From a virus, in IMG/VR virus record IMGVR_UViG_3300027996_000008: a DNA stretch of 64,000 nucleotides; one strand, given 5' to 3'. The position numbers and the translations under genes are program-made. Below the pieces are notes generated by a model. It did no database searches. It was not told the origin of the DNA and saw nothing but the letters and a program-made list of their open reading frames with translations. Below, piece by piece: positions 47,708 through 56,330 of the stretch (positions are counted from its first letter, which is position 1; each line of letters begins with the position of its first letter).

Positions 47708-48160
47708 TTATTTCCATATTCTAATATCAGTTACATCATTTCTTTTGTTTATATCAACATTATAATTAAAAAATTTCATATATTTTTTTAAAAAACGATT
47801 ATAAACACGTTCTCTTTTTTCATCTCTATTAGGAGTGTAATATAAAATTCCATCATAATAAGGACTCACATCATATTTTTTAGCTAAATTTTGATATTTA
47901 ACATGAGCTTCTATAATGAATTTACATAATTCTTTAGCAAATTCATCTATATTATTTAGTGGCTCTGTCCCTTTATGAAAAGAACCTACATTTTTATTTA
48001 ATTTTATTTTATTTTGAGCATAAAAATCAATAAAAATATTTTCTTTATAAAAATTCAATTCAATAACTATTGTTCTTTTTTGAATTTTTTTGGTTAAAAA
48101 TATTTTATTTTTTTTGTTTTCAATTAAAATTAATTTGTTGTTTTCTTTTAAAATAAGCAT
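47708..48160 (-). CDS. Hypothetical late protein
   Basis: TATAAATA at 48192, GGAG SD. Confidence 0.6.
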   Translation of the reverse strand: MLILKENNKLILIENKKNKIFLTKKIQKRTIVIELNFYKENIFIDFYAQNKIKLNKNVGSFHKGTEPLNNIDEFAKELCKFIIEAHVKYQNLAKKYDVSPYYDGILYYTPNRDEKRERVYNRFLKKYMKFFNYNVDINKRNDVTDIRIWK

Positions 48161-48205
48161 TTATATCTCCTAAATAATAATTTTCTAAATTTATTTATAA
48201 AAAGT

Positions 48206-48297
48206 TTGACTTTCGTGTCTGGTTATGCTATAATTAAAGTATAGAGGTTAAGACAGTTTAACCTCAGTTGTTAATTTATTTGAAGGAGGTCGTTATG
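48206..48297 (+). promoter_or_regulatory. Promoter-stem-loop-SD cassette 1 (PeSL-like)
   Basis: TTGACT-17-TATAAT, gaggttaa/ttaacctc hairpin, agttgttaattt, aaggaggtcgttatg. Confidence 0.75.
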
Positions 48298-48822
48298 ACT
48301 ATTAAAAGAATTTCAATAAAAAATAAAAAAGAATTAAATAAAGAAAATGGAATGATAGAGATCTTTTCAGGTATTATTATGTCTGAAGAACTTTTTGAAA
48401 AAGTAGAGAGTTTTGAAGACTGGAAAGCAGAAGGGGAATATTTTGGAAATCTTTTTGTGGTTCAATCTCTTATTGAGTGTACATACTCAATAAGTAGAGA
48501 ATTTTCCAGACTTGAAGCCTCACAGGAAGAAATTCTCGGAAAAAAATTCTTTATCAATGGGTCTAAATTAAGTATAAGCCCAAAAATCAGACAGGTTGAA
48601 CCTCAGTTCAAGCCTGTTAGAAATGCAAAAGAATTGTTAGATATTTTGACTTCTAATTGTGGGATGTGGGATTCCAGATTTGATTCTGAATATTCTGAAA
48701 TTGCTGAAATAATCAGACAAGTTGAAAAAGAATTCTTTGCTATAGAAGTTGCGGCAAAAGTTGCTGATGCAAACGCTCCAGTAGGAATGTCTGACAATAA
48801 AAAAGAATATTTTAAAAAATAA
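48295..48822 (+). CDS. Hypothetical early protein
   Basis: Own promoter cassette and SD. Confidence 0.7.
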   Translation: MTIKRISIKNKKELNKENGMIEIFSGIIMSEELFEKVESFEDWKAEGEYFGNLFVVQSLIECTYSISREFSRLEASQEEILGKKFFINGSKLSISPKIRQVEPQFKPVRNAKELLDILTSNCGMWDSRFDSEYSEIAEIIRQVEKEFFAIEVAAKVADANAPVGMSDNKKEYFKK

Positions 48823-48825
48823 TTC

Positions 48826-48915
48826 TTGACTTCTACATTTAGATATGCGATAATTAAATTGTAGGGTTGAGTTAGTTCAGCTCAGTTGTTAATTTAAAAG
48901 GAGGAGATAGATATG
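48826..48915 (+). promoter_or_regulatory. Promoter-stem-loop-SD cassette 2
   Basis: TTGACT-17-GATAAT, gggttga/tcagctc hairpin, agttgttaattt, ggagg. Confidence 0.75.
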
Positions 48916-49311
48916 AGAAATGTAAACTTAGATAGCTGTCATAGCTATGATGTATATGAAAAAGACAATAAATTTTTCCTCCGTAAAATATACGGTGGTG
49001 GTATAAGAAGAAATATATCAGATACTCATACTGAGATATCTGAAGATGAATATAAAGCTCTGATCTCTGAAGCTGAAGAGTTTGAGAGAAAAAGAAATGA
49101 AGAAAAAAAAGAAAAAGAAAGTGAACATGATAAAAAGATGTCATGGTTCAAAAAAATAGAGGGTGTATACCCTGAAATGGAAATGGAGATAAAAAATGGT
49201 GAAGTTTTTGATAACTACGGAAATTTTTTATTTTATGCACCAAAAAAACCAGTTGATATTTCAACTTGGTTAGAGGAGAAAATTGAAGATTTTATGGAAA
49301 ACTGTGAATAA
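48913..49311 (+). CDS. Hypothetical early protein
   Basis: Own promoter cassette and SD. Confidence 0.7.
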   Translation: MRNVNLDSCHSYDVYEKDNKFFLRKIYGGGIRRNISDTHTEISEDEYKALISEAEEFERKRNEEKKEKESEHDKKMSWFKKIEGVYPEMEMEIKNGEVFDNYGNFLFYAPKKPVDISTWLEEKIEDFMENCE

Positions 49312-49333
49312 AATTTATTTGTCAAAATAATTG

Positions 49334-49424
49334 TTGACTTTTATATTTAGATATGCGATAATAGTATTATAGAGTTGAGGTTGTTCAACTCAATTGTTAA
49401 TTAATTTAAAAGGAGGTCGTTATG
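49334..49424 (+). promoter_or_regulatory. Promoter-stem-loop-SD cassette 3
   Basis: TTGACT-17-GATAAT, gagttga/tcaactc hairpin, aattgttaatt, aaggaggtcgttatg. Confidence 0.75.
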
Positions 49425-49790
49425 ACTGAAAAAAGAATGTTCATAAATGCAACACCACACGTAATAACATTAAGACAAAGAGACGGTCTTGATGTAAGTT
49501 TTCAACCTTGTGGAACCGTTCCACGAGTTAACACAATAGAAGAGGATGCAGGTTTTAACTGTGTTCCTCTAGTGACTTCTGAATTAGGGGAAGTAACAAA
49601 TCTTCCTGATTTTTCAGAATTAAACCATAATGGAACTGTGCATATATTTTGCATTGTTTCTAGAATGGTTCTTGATGCTGTAGAACCAGTTAAAGGAGTT
49701 ACATTTGTAGCGCCAGACAGTGGTAAGACAGCTATCAGAAATGAAAAGGGTCATGTTCAGGCCGTTACAAGATTGATTGTTAAAAAATAA
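49422..49790 (+). CDS. Phage hypothetical protein (N-TPH-I family pattern)
   Basis: INATPH-ITL, P-G-V-RV, IVS--V---V ... -APD. Confidence 0.7.
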   Translation: MTEKRMFINATPHVITLRQRDGLDVSFQPCGTVPRVNTIEEDAGFNCVPLVTSELGEVTNLPDFSELNHNGTVHIFCIVSRMVLDAVEPVKGVTFVAPDSGKTAIRNEKGHVQAVTRLIVKK

Positions 49791-49803
49791 ATGGAGAATT
49801 ATC

Positions 49804-50316
49804 ATGAAGAAATTAATTTTAATCACACTAGCATTTTTTATGATTGGTTGTTGCTATGATTGTTCAGATCGAATAGTCGATTATGAAGGATATAACAACG
49901 TAATAGAAGAAGAAAAAGTTGATACTGATACTTTGGTATTAGTTGAAGAAGAAAGTGTTGTAGATCAAGAAATTGAGTCCCAAGATGAAGATTTAGAAAC
50001 AGTTGATGAAGGAGAATTATCAAATGAATTGAAATGTTTAAGATGTTTTGTGTTTCTAACCAAATTCAAAAATGAATGTGATGAATTAGATTATCTAGTT
50101 GAAGAATGTATTCAGTTTGAGGAATTATGTGAAGATTATGATGAAGTCTGTCCAATTTCAGTCGAAGAAATAGATGATACAGATCTAGAAGTTGAAGAAG
50201 ATACAGAAACTCCAGATGAAGACACAAACAATTGTCATAAGCATAAAAAGAAACATAAACATGGAAAATGTAAACATAATTGTCATAAACATGGAAAGGA
50301 GAAGTGTAATGATTAA
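49804..50316 (+). CDS. Acidic lipoprotein-like protein with Cys/His-rich tail
   Basis: MKKLILITLAFFMIGC lipobox; Asp/Glu-rich body; CHKHKKKHKHGKCKHNCHKH. Confidence 0.7.
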   Translation: MKKLILITLAFFMIGCCYDCSDRIVDYEGYNNVIEEEKVDTDTLVLVEEESVVDQEIESQDEDLETVDEGELSNELKCLRCFVFLTKFKNECDELDYLVEECIQFEELCEDYDEVCPISVEEIDDTDLEVEEDTETPDEDTNNCHKHKKKHKHGKCKHNCHKHGKEKCND

Positions 50317-50674
50317 TTCTATAAGCAATGATCTTTTAACATCAATTTTAAATATTAATTTAAAAAGAGATGATGTAACTTTATATAATAATAAAATCTA
50401 TATTGAAAATAAGCAATATTTAACACAATTTAAATTTATAGTAAATTGTAATGATATTGAAATAATTATTAGAAAATGTAATATATCAAATCATTTAATT
50501 GATTTAATGCCACCACAATTTAAAGATTTGTATTGTAGCAATCATACAAGATTTAATGAAATACAAAAATTTATTGAAAAATTTAATTTAATTATTAAAA
50601 AAAATGATGAAAGAATTAAAAAAAATGATGAAAGAATTATAATTAATTTATTGAATGGAGATAAGAATGACTAG
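50309..50674 (+). CDS. Hypothetical protein with KKNDERI tandem duplication
   Basis: GGAG SD before MINSIS. Confidence 0.55.
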   Translation: MINSISNDLLTSILNINLKRDDVTLYNNKIYIENKQYLTQFKFIVNCNDIEIIIRKCNISNHLIDLMPPQFKDLYCSNHTRFNEIQKFIEKFNLIIKKNDERIKKNDERIIINLLNGDKND

Positions 50675-50876
50675 TAAATTAGATAAAATAATAAAAGATC
50701 TATCAAAGGTTTTGATTAAAGAAAAGCTTGAATTACAAAAAAGAGTTTTTAGAGAGAATATTGAAATTGGATATGAAGAAGATGGAGAATTCAAAGTTGT
50801 GTTATCAATAAGAAATGAGTAATTACAACAAGTTATAAAATAAATCAAAAAAAGATTAAATTTAAAGGAGATTGAT

Positions 50877-51122
50877 ATGAGAGCTTATATTTTTGCTGGA
50901 GATCAAGATTTTACAGAATTAGTAATTCTTTTAAAATCAAAAGGTATTTATTGTGAAATTAATACAGATATTGATTTACATAAAAAAATTTGTAGTAATA
51001 TTGGATTATATCCTGATTATCCTGTTGCTAAAATCAATGGAATATTTATATATCCGTGGGTTATTGAGGAACTTAAAAATCCTGATGTTGATATTAATGA
51101 TTTATTTAAACCACTTAGATAG
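50877..51122 (+). CDS. Hypothetical small protein (glutaredoxin-like pattern, no CxxC)
   Basis: GGAG SD; YP---ING motif. Confidence 0.5.
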   Translation: MRAYIFAGDQDFTELVILLKSKGIYCEINTDIDLHKKICSNIGLYPDYPVAKINGIFIYPWVIEELKNPDVDINDLFKPLR

Positions 51123-51129
51123 TGGAATT

Positions 51130-52200
51130 TTAAATAATAGGACTTTCTTTGATACATATTAAATTCTGTTCATATTTCAAATCAGATGTTATTTTATGAA
51201 TAACATCAGTGATTAACCATTTTCCAGAATACTTAGAAATTTCTTTAGCCTGAATATCAATCCACATTTTAATATCAGCAATTTTTCCAACCATCACATC
51301 AGAATCTGGATTTGTTTTTTTAAACTGTAGATAATCATTAAAATAGTTCTTTTCAATATATGAAGAGTTATCATTTAATCTAACATTCAAAAAATTATCA
51401 TCAAACACAAATTTAGCATTAGACAATTCAACATCAGCAACACTTGATGTTCCAGCAAATGTATCAGAATTGAATTTTTTATATCCATTTTCACCTTTTA
51501 CATAAACATCTGTTAAATCAAACAAATCATTTTTGTTCCAGTTCTCAATCAATTTTGTATCATTTCTTTTTGGAATTGTGATAAATTCTAATTCTGTATC
51601 TTGTTTGAACAGTTCTTCATAGCTTTTGAAAATAATTGATTGATTCTGTTGAAAAAACACATATGGTTTATTATTCAATTTTCTTAGATATTCAATAGCT
51701 TTCAATGAGTTTTTGAATGTATTGAAAAATGTTATTCCTGATAGATCTAAACCAGTTGTTATTTTAACTTTGTGGTGTTTGCATATATCTGTTACTATTG
51801 TGTTTAGTGTTTTATTGCTGTATGAACCATAGTATTGACTAGATAGCATTTTTTTATATCTTTCATCAACCAATTGAAAATGATTCATATCAACTGCATT
51901 TGTTTTTTGTTGAATTGATGGAATTGATTTCAAGATAAAAGTGTTTGTTCTGAAATCGTTTGAAAGAGATGTTTTCCAGGATATTCTGATTTTTTCATTT
52001 CCCTTGAAAGGAACAGTTTCGCGAAAATTGTATTGATCGTTGAAAACTATTTCTCCAGTGTAAAATACATTTCTAATTGATTCAATTATACTAATTTCAA
52101 TAAAGGCTAGTGTTAGATCATATTCTTCAGAATCAGTTATTAAAACTATTTCCTTTATTTCATTAATAACACTGTCAAATTCTTTTTTTAGAACAACCAT
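51130..52200 (-). CDS. Baseplate hub/gp27-like structural protein
   Basis: EISIIESI-----TG-I---D------P--GNE-I-I pattern; nested late promoter at 52230. Confidence 0.65.
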   Translation of the reverse strand: MVVLKKEFDSVINEIKEIVLITDSEEYDLTLAFIEISIIESIRNVFYTGEIVFNDQYNFRETVPFKGNEKIRISWKTSLSNDFRTNTFILKSIPSIQQKTNAVDMNHFQLVDERYKKMLSSQYYGSYSNKTLNTIVTDICKHHKVKITTGLDLSGITFFNTFKNSLKAIEYLRKLNNKPYVFFQQNQSIIFKSYEELFKQDTELEFITIPKRNDTKLIENWNKNDLFDLTDVYVKGENGYKKFNSDTFAGTSSVADVELSNAKFVFDDNFLNVRLNDNSSYIEKNYFNDYLQFKKTNPDSDVMVGKIADIKMWIDIQAKEISKYSGKWLITDVIHKITSDLKYEQNLICIKESPII

Positions 52201-52221
52201 ATAAAATACCTTTAAAATTTG

Positions 52222-52254
52222 CTTGACATTATTTATAAAATAAGTATAATTATA
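52222..52254. promoter_or_regulatory. Bidirectional early(+)/late(-) promoter cassette, second copy
   Basis: 33 bp identical to 17887-17919. Confidence 0.75.
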
Positions 52255-52277
52255 GTGTATAAAATTAGGAAATTGAA

Positions 52278-52484
52278 ATGAAACTAAACAAAATATTTGA
52301 AAAGTCAAATAAATATAACAAATTTCTATCAAGTGGAATACATTGGGACGAGCTGATAAATTCAATTTATTTAAATCCTTATTTGTTTATTCGTTTTCAT
52401 AATTTTCATGAAAAATTTCATATTAGGATTAAATTTGGTGCAGATGGAATTCATGGAAGATTTAAATTTGAGGATTATCAATGA
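52278..52484 (+). CDS. MKLNK-family mini-protein 5
   Basis: MKLNKIFEKS..FLSSGI ... FEDYQ. Confidence 0.8.
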   Translation: MKLNKIFEKSNKYNKFLSSGIHWDELINSIYLNPYLFIRFHNFHEKFHIRIKFGADGIHGRFKFEDYQ

Positions 52485-52699
52485 AACTAAATAAAATGAT
52501 TGAAAAATCTGATAAATATGAAAAATATTTATCAAGTGGAATACATTATTATGAGCCGTTTAATTCAATTTATTTAAATCCTTATTTGTTTATTAAATAT
52601 CTCAATTTTCATGAAAAATTTTTTATTCAGGTTAAATTTGGCGCTGATGGAATTCATGGAATTCAAGGAATTTTATATAAATTTGAGGATTATCAATGA
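52481..52699 (+). CDS. MKLNK-family mini-protein 6
   Basis: Close paralogue of 5. Confidence 0.8.
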   Translation: MKLNKMIEKSDKYEKYLSSGIHYYEPFNSIYLNPYLFIKYLNFHEKFFIQVKFGADGIHGIQGILYKFEDYQ

Positions 52700-52983
52700 G
52701 CAAAATAGATAAATTAATAAAATATCTTGAAAGACACACACAAATGAATCAAATATCAGATTGGCATAAAGGATGTGTATCTTCACAGAATTATATAATA
52801 GATCATTTGAAAAAAAGTAAATCTATCTATTTTACACATGATGAAATTATAAAATATAAAAACCATATAAAAAAATCAGATAAAAGAATAGCATATAAAA
52901 ATACAGTTTTAGCAGGAAATTGGTATGGGTTGTGTGAATTTGATAAAATCTTCAAAAACTGGAGAAAAAATGAAACTGAATAA
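52696..52983 (+). CDS. Hypothetical protein
   Basis: ATGA-coupled to mini-protein 6. Confidence 0.6.
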   Translation: MSKIDKLIKYLERHTQMNQISDWHKGCVSSQNYIIDHLKKSKSIYFTHDEIIKYKNHIKKSDKRIAYKNTVLAGNWYGLCEFDKIFKNWRKNETE

Positions 52984-53188
52984 GTGTTTTGAAAAATCAA
53001 GCAGACATACAAAATTTCTGTCTAATAGTTTATTGTTATTATCAGCACATAATGGTGAATATTTAGGAGTAAATTTTAATGAATATTTTGATTTTAATGA
53101 TTGTTTATGTTTTAAAGATGTTTGGTCATTTGAATGTAAATCAGGAAGAAAAACACAATATTCATTAAAATTTAGAAAATACAAATAA
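52970..53188 (+). CDS. MKLNK-family mini-protein 7
   Basis: MKLNKCFEKS..KFLSN ... FRKYK after GGAG SD. Confidence 0.75.
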   Translation: MKLNKCFEKSSRHTKFLSNSLLLLSAHNGEYLGVNFNEYFDFNDCLCFKDVWSFECKSGRKTQYSLKFRKYK

Positions 53189-53200
53189 AAGGAGGAGATT

Positions 53201-53479
53201 ATGAGTTTATTGAAAAAAATGTGGAACATGAAATCAAGAACAGCTTTATTAATTAACACAATTGCATTAGTGTTAAATTATTTTGTGTTTTACATGACAA
53301 AGGTTGAATCGGTGTTTCATGTGATTAAGTTGCAATGTATAACAGAGATGATATTGGTTGTATGTGTAACATTAGATTCAAAACGAGTAACAGAGATGAT
53401 TTCTAGTTGGTATACAAGACGACTAGAGAAGAAATTAGACAAAATAACAAAAGAATTAGAAGAGGAGGAAAAGAAATGA
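53201..53479 (+). CDS. Hypothetical membrane protein
   Basis: Two hydrophobic segments. Confidence 0.6.
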   Translation: MSLLKKMWNMKSRTALLINTIALVLNYFVFYMTKVESVFHVIKLQCITEMILVVCVTLDSKRVTEMISSWYTRRLEKKLDKITKELEEEEKK

Positions 53480-53661
53480 TTTTATTAAAAATTTTATGGG
53501 TAATATGTGGTGTTATTGCTGCAGTAATGTATCAGAAGGACAATTTAAAAAATAATGATGGTGATGATTTTATTCTAGAAATTTTAGCAATTATTGTGTT
53601 TGTTTTTAGTGGTGCAATTGGATTATTTAATATTTGTCTATATAAATTTCTTAAAAAATAA
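53476..53661 (+). CDS. Hypothetical membrane protein
   Basis: MILLKILWVICGVIAAV..., second hydrophobic segment. Confidence 0.55.
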   Translation: MILLKILWVICGVIAAVMYQKDNLKNNDGDDFILEILAIIVFVFSGAIGLFNICLYKFLKK

Positions 53662-53669
53662 AAAACTTC

Positions 53670-53726
53670 TTGACAAATTCAAAAAAATAAGTATAATATA
53701 TATTGTAACATTGTTCTTTGTGGAGG
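53670..53726 (+). promoter_or_regulatory. Early promoter with boxA-like GTTCTTTG and SD
   Basis: TTGACA-16-TATAAT ... ttgttctttgtggagg. Confidence 0.7.
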
Positions 53727-53733
53727 TACAACA

Positions 53734-54693
53734 TTGAAATTTCTCATCGACATCAGCAACATCCTTTGTGCTGGATATTTATCAAAACATGATGATTATA
53801 TTCGTAATTTTTCGTTAGAAGATCTTGAAAATGCAGTTAGAGAATATACATTGTATCGTATATTCGGGTTTATGTATTATTTAAAAGCTAAACAGGATGA
53901 CATTATTATATGTTTAGATTATGGAAGTTGGAGGTATGATTTTTTTCCTGAATATAAATGGAAAAGAAAACAATCTAAGAGTAAATCAAAAGTTGATTTT
54001 GACATAATGTATAAATTCTTTAAAAAGTTTGAAAAAGAACTTACTGATTTTTTTCCATTTAAAACGATCAAAGTACATAAAGCTGAGGCAGATGATATTA
54101 TTGGATGTCTAGCAAAACATATTGAAAAAACTGGAGAAGATGTGCTAATATGCAGTTTAGATAAAGATTTTGTTCAGCTTACATCTGATAAAGTAAGACT
54201 ATATGATATTGGTAAAAACACAATTGTCAAAGAGATTAAGTTAGGTTCAAAAGATATTATTATTCCTATAACAACCGCAAAAGACGCTAAAAAGTATCTT
54301 TTATTCCAGATTATGTACGGAGACTCTTGTGATGGAATTTGTAATGTAAAATCAGACAATGATGCATTTTCTAATCCAACAAAACAACAGAAAAGATTTG
54401 GACCAAAAACAATTATGAAACATATCTTCTCAGAAGACAAAAAACAAAACAAAGAAAACCTGAAGAAAATATATGATGAATATTCTGAAAATATGAAAAG
54501 AAATGCAAAATTAATTGATCTTAAATATACACCTAAAGAAATAAAAAAAGAAATAATAAAACAATATGAAGAATCGAAAAAATCTATTTCAATCAAAAAA
54601 ATACATAACTATTGTGAGCAACACGATTTAAGAGATTTGATTGAAAAAGTGAACAAATTTTTATATGAAGATATAGGTATTGATTTTGTATAA
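53734..54693 (+). CDS. rnh: T4-type RNase H / 5'-3' exonuclease
   Basis: LID-SN, D--SWR----P-YK--R, EADDII, S-DKDF-QL, GD--DGI-NV. Confidence 0.92.
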   Translation: MKFLIDISNILCAGYLSKHDDYIRNFSLEDLENAVREYTLYRIFGFMYYLKAKQDDIIICLDYGSWRYDFFPEYKWKRKQSKSKSKVDFDIMYKFFKKFEKELTDFFPFKTIKVHKAEADDIIGCLAKHIEKTGEDVLICSLDKDFVQLTSDKVRLYDIGKNTIVKEIKLGSKDIIIPITTAKDAKKYLLFQIMYGDSCDGICNVKSDNDAFSNPTKQQKRFGPKTIMKHIFSEDKKQNKENLKKIYDEYSENMKRNAKLIDLKYTPKEIKKEIIKQYEESKKSISIKKIHNYCEQHDLRDLIEKVNKFLYEDIGIDFV

Positions 54694-54786
54694 AAACTAT
54701 TTAGGCTATGTGTTACTATTCATAAATCTTTTTTGTGTTGTGATGAACGAATATGAAGCTTAAATTAACTATTTAGAACTAGGAGA

Positions 54787-54987
54787 ATGATTATGTATGA
54801 AGAACTAAACAGGAATCAAAAAGAATTTTTTCAAAAACTAGCGGACCTTTGTGAAATGTATGGATGTAACATTGAAACAATTAGTACATGCTATTCAACA
54901 TTGAATTTTCAGTTTGATGAAGGAAACATTGAATTTGATCAAGACAGCATTGACCACATGGATATCAAAACATTTTTGGACGAGTAG
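54787..54987 (+). CDS. Hypothetical protein
   Basis: GGAG SD. Confidence 0.55.
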   Translation: MIMYEELNRNQKEFFQKLADLCEMYGCNIETISTCYSTLNFQFDEGNIEFDQDSIDHMDIKTFLDE

Positions 54988-55010
54988 AAACAATTAATAG
55001 GAGGTATATT

Positions 55011-55691
55011 TTGATTAGGATTGATTTGTTTGATGAAGATCAGGAAATTATTAAACCCAAAAAAGAAAGAAAAAAAGTTGTTCACGAAAATCTATTAAAA
55101 AAGAAAAGAAAGAAAGGTGAAAAATCAAAACGTGACTATGTAGATGGAGCAAGATTATATAGATTGATGTGTGCTTGGTGGTTTTTGAAGAAAAGAATTT
55201 TGAAAATTAGGAAACAAATTGAAAATCCATTTCTATCTGAAGAAATGTTTGAAAAAATTGGAAACAAATTCTTTCAGTTAAAATTGGCACATAAGAGCGC
55301 ATTTGATGAATTAACAACAAGTTATCTTCTAATAGCAAAGAAATATACTAATCATAAGAATTTTATTGGGATTCCTAAAGACACTAAACATGAATTAGCA
55401 ATGACAGCACTAATAAAAGGAATGTCAATTGGTAAAAATAAAAATAATAAGAATTATGGGATTCCCTATATGTGCAGATTTGATATCAATAAAAGTGAAA
55501 GTGTATTTTCATTTTTTGATCAAACAATTCAGAATTTTTTCTATCAATATACAAACGATCAAAAGAGATATAGAGAAATCAAACAAGAATGTCTTCATAG
55601 TAGATTCAGACAGTTACAACAAGATGCATTTAATCTAGGAATCAAAGGACCATTGAATTTTTATGCAGATTGCGTTTCTGATGAAGATTAA
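55011..55691 (+). CDS. gp55: Late transcription sigma factor gp55-like
   Basis: DYVD---LY, LIA-------NF, RFD--KS-S-FSFF-QTI-N-F match the gp55 pattern; TATAAATA promoters present. Confidence 0.78.
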   Translation: MIRIDLFDEDQEIIKPKKERKKVVHENLLKKKRKKGEKSKRDYVDGARLYRLMCAWWFLKKRILKIRKQIENPFLSEEMFEKIGNKFFQLKLAHKSAFDELTTSYLLIAKKYTNHKNFIGIPKDTKHELAMTALIKGMSIGKNKNNKNYGIPYMCRFDINKSESVFSFFDQTIQNFFYQYTNDQKRYREIKQECLHSRFRQLQQDAFNLGIKGPLNFYADCVSDED

Positions 55692-55753
55692 CTTGACATT
55701 TTATATTTTTCAAGTATAATAGTATTTAAGTAAATTTTATTTTGGTGAAAAAA

Positions 55754-55960
55754 ATGAAACTAAATAAATGTTTTGAAATGAATGAAAGAAAGGTGAAAAA
55801 TTTATTTTATGCCAAATTTCTATCGAATGGATTGTATATTGAGTATAGATCTTCTTTAGTTTTTCAAACAACACATAGATTATATTTTTTGGATTTTGAT
55901 CTAAGATGGAATGAATTCTCAATTATGTATGAACGACATGTAATGGATGAATATCAATGA
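55754..55960 (+). CDS. MKLNK-family mini-protein 8
   Basis: MKLNKCFEM..KFLSNGL ... DEYQ; own promoter at 55693. Confidence 0.78.
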   Translation: MKLNKCFEMNERKVKNLFYAKFLSNGLYIEYRSSLVFQTTHRLYFLDFDLRWNEFSIMYERHVMDEYQ

Positions 55961-56145
55961 AACTAAATAAAAGATTTGAAAAGTCAAATAAATATGAAAA
56001 ATTTCTATCAAATGGATTATCAAAAGATAGTGTTGGGTTAAATCATTATAATTCATTTAATTTATATTTAAATTTATATAAAGAATATTTTAAATTATGG
56101 AGTGTAAATTTTAGCAAAATAAAAAATTACATGGAGTATAGATGA
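55957..56145 (+). CDS. MKLNK-family mini-protein 9
   Basis: MKLNKRFEKS..KFLSNGL ... MEYR. Confidence 0.8.
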   Translation: MKLNKRFEKSNKYEKFLSNGLSKDSVGLNHYNSFNLYLNLYKEYFKLWSVNFSKIKNYMEYR

Positions 56146-56276
56146 AACTAAATAAAATATTTGAACAATCTGATGAATATGAAAAATTTCTATCAAATGG
56201 ATTATCAAAAGATAGTGTTGGGTTAAATCATTATAATTCATTTAATTTATATTTAAATTTATATAAAGAATATTTT
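55991..56276. repeat. 101-bp exact direct repeat between mini-proteins 9 and 10
   Basis: 55991-56091 equals 56176-56276 (period 185). Confidence 0.88.
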
Positions 56277-56330
56277 CTTCTTTGGGATTTAGATTTTAGC
56301 AAAATAAAAAATTACATGGAGTATCAATGA
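56142..56330 (+). CDS. MKLNK-family mini-protein 10
   Basis: Near-duplicate of 9; stop overlaps primase ATG. Confidence 0.8.
   Translation: MKLNKIFEQSDEYEKFLSNGLSKDSVGLNHYNSFNLYLNLYKEYFLLWDLDFSKIKNYMEYQ

Noticed and set aside
54694-54786. Possible folded RNA between rnh and the next gene (atttaggct/agcttaaat)
   Set aside because: Weak AU/GU pairing with no second copy or covariation
55957-56330. Diversity-generating retroelement TR/VR pair
   Set aside because: Mismatches include non-adenine positions in both directions, and no reverse transcriptase is in the window
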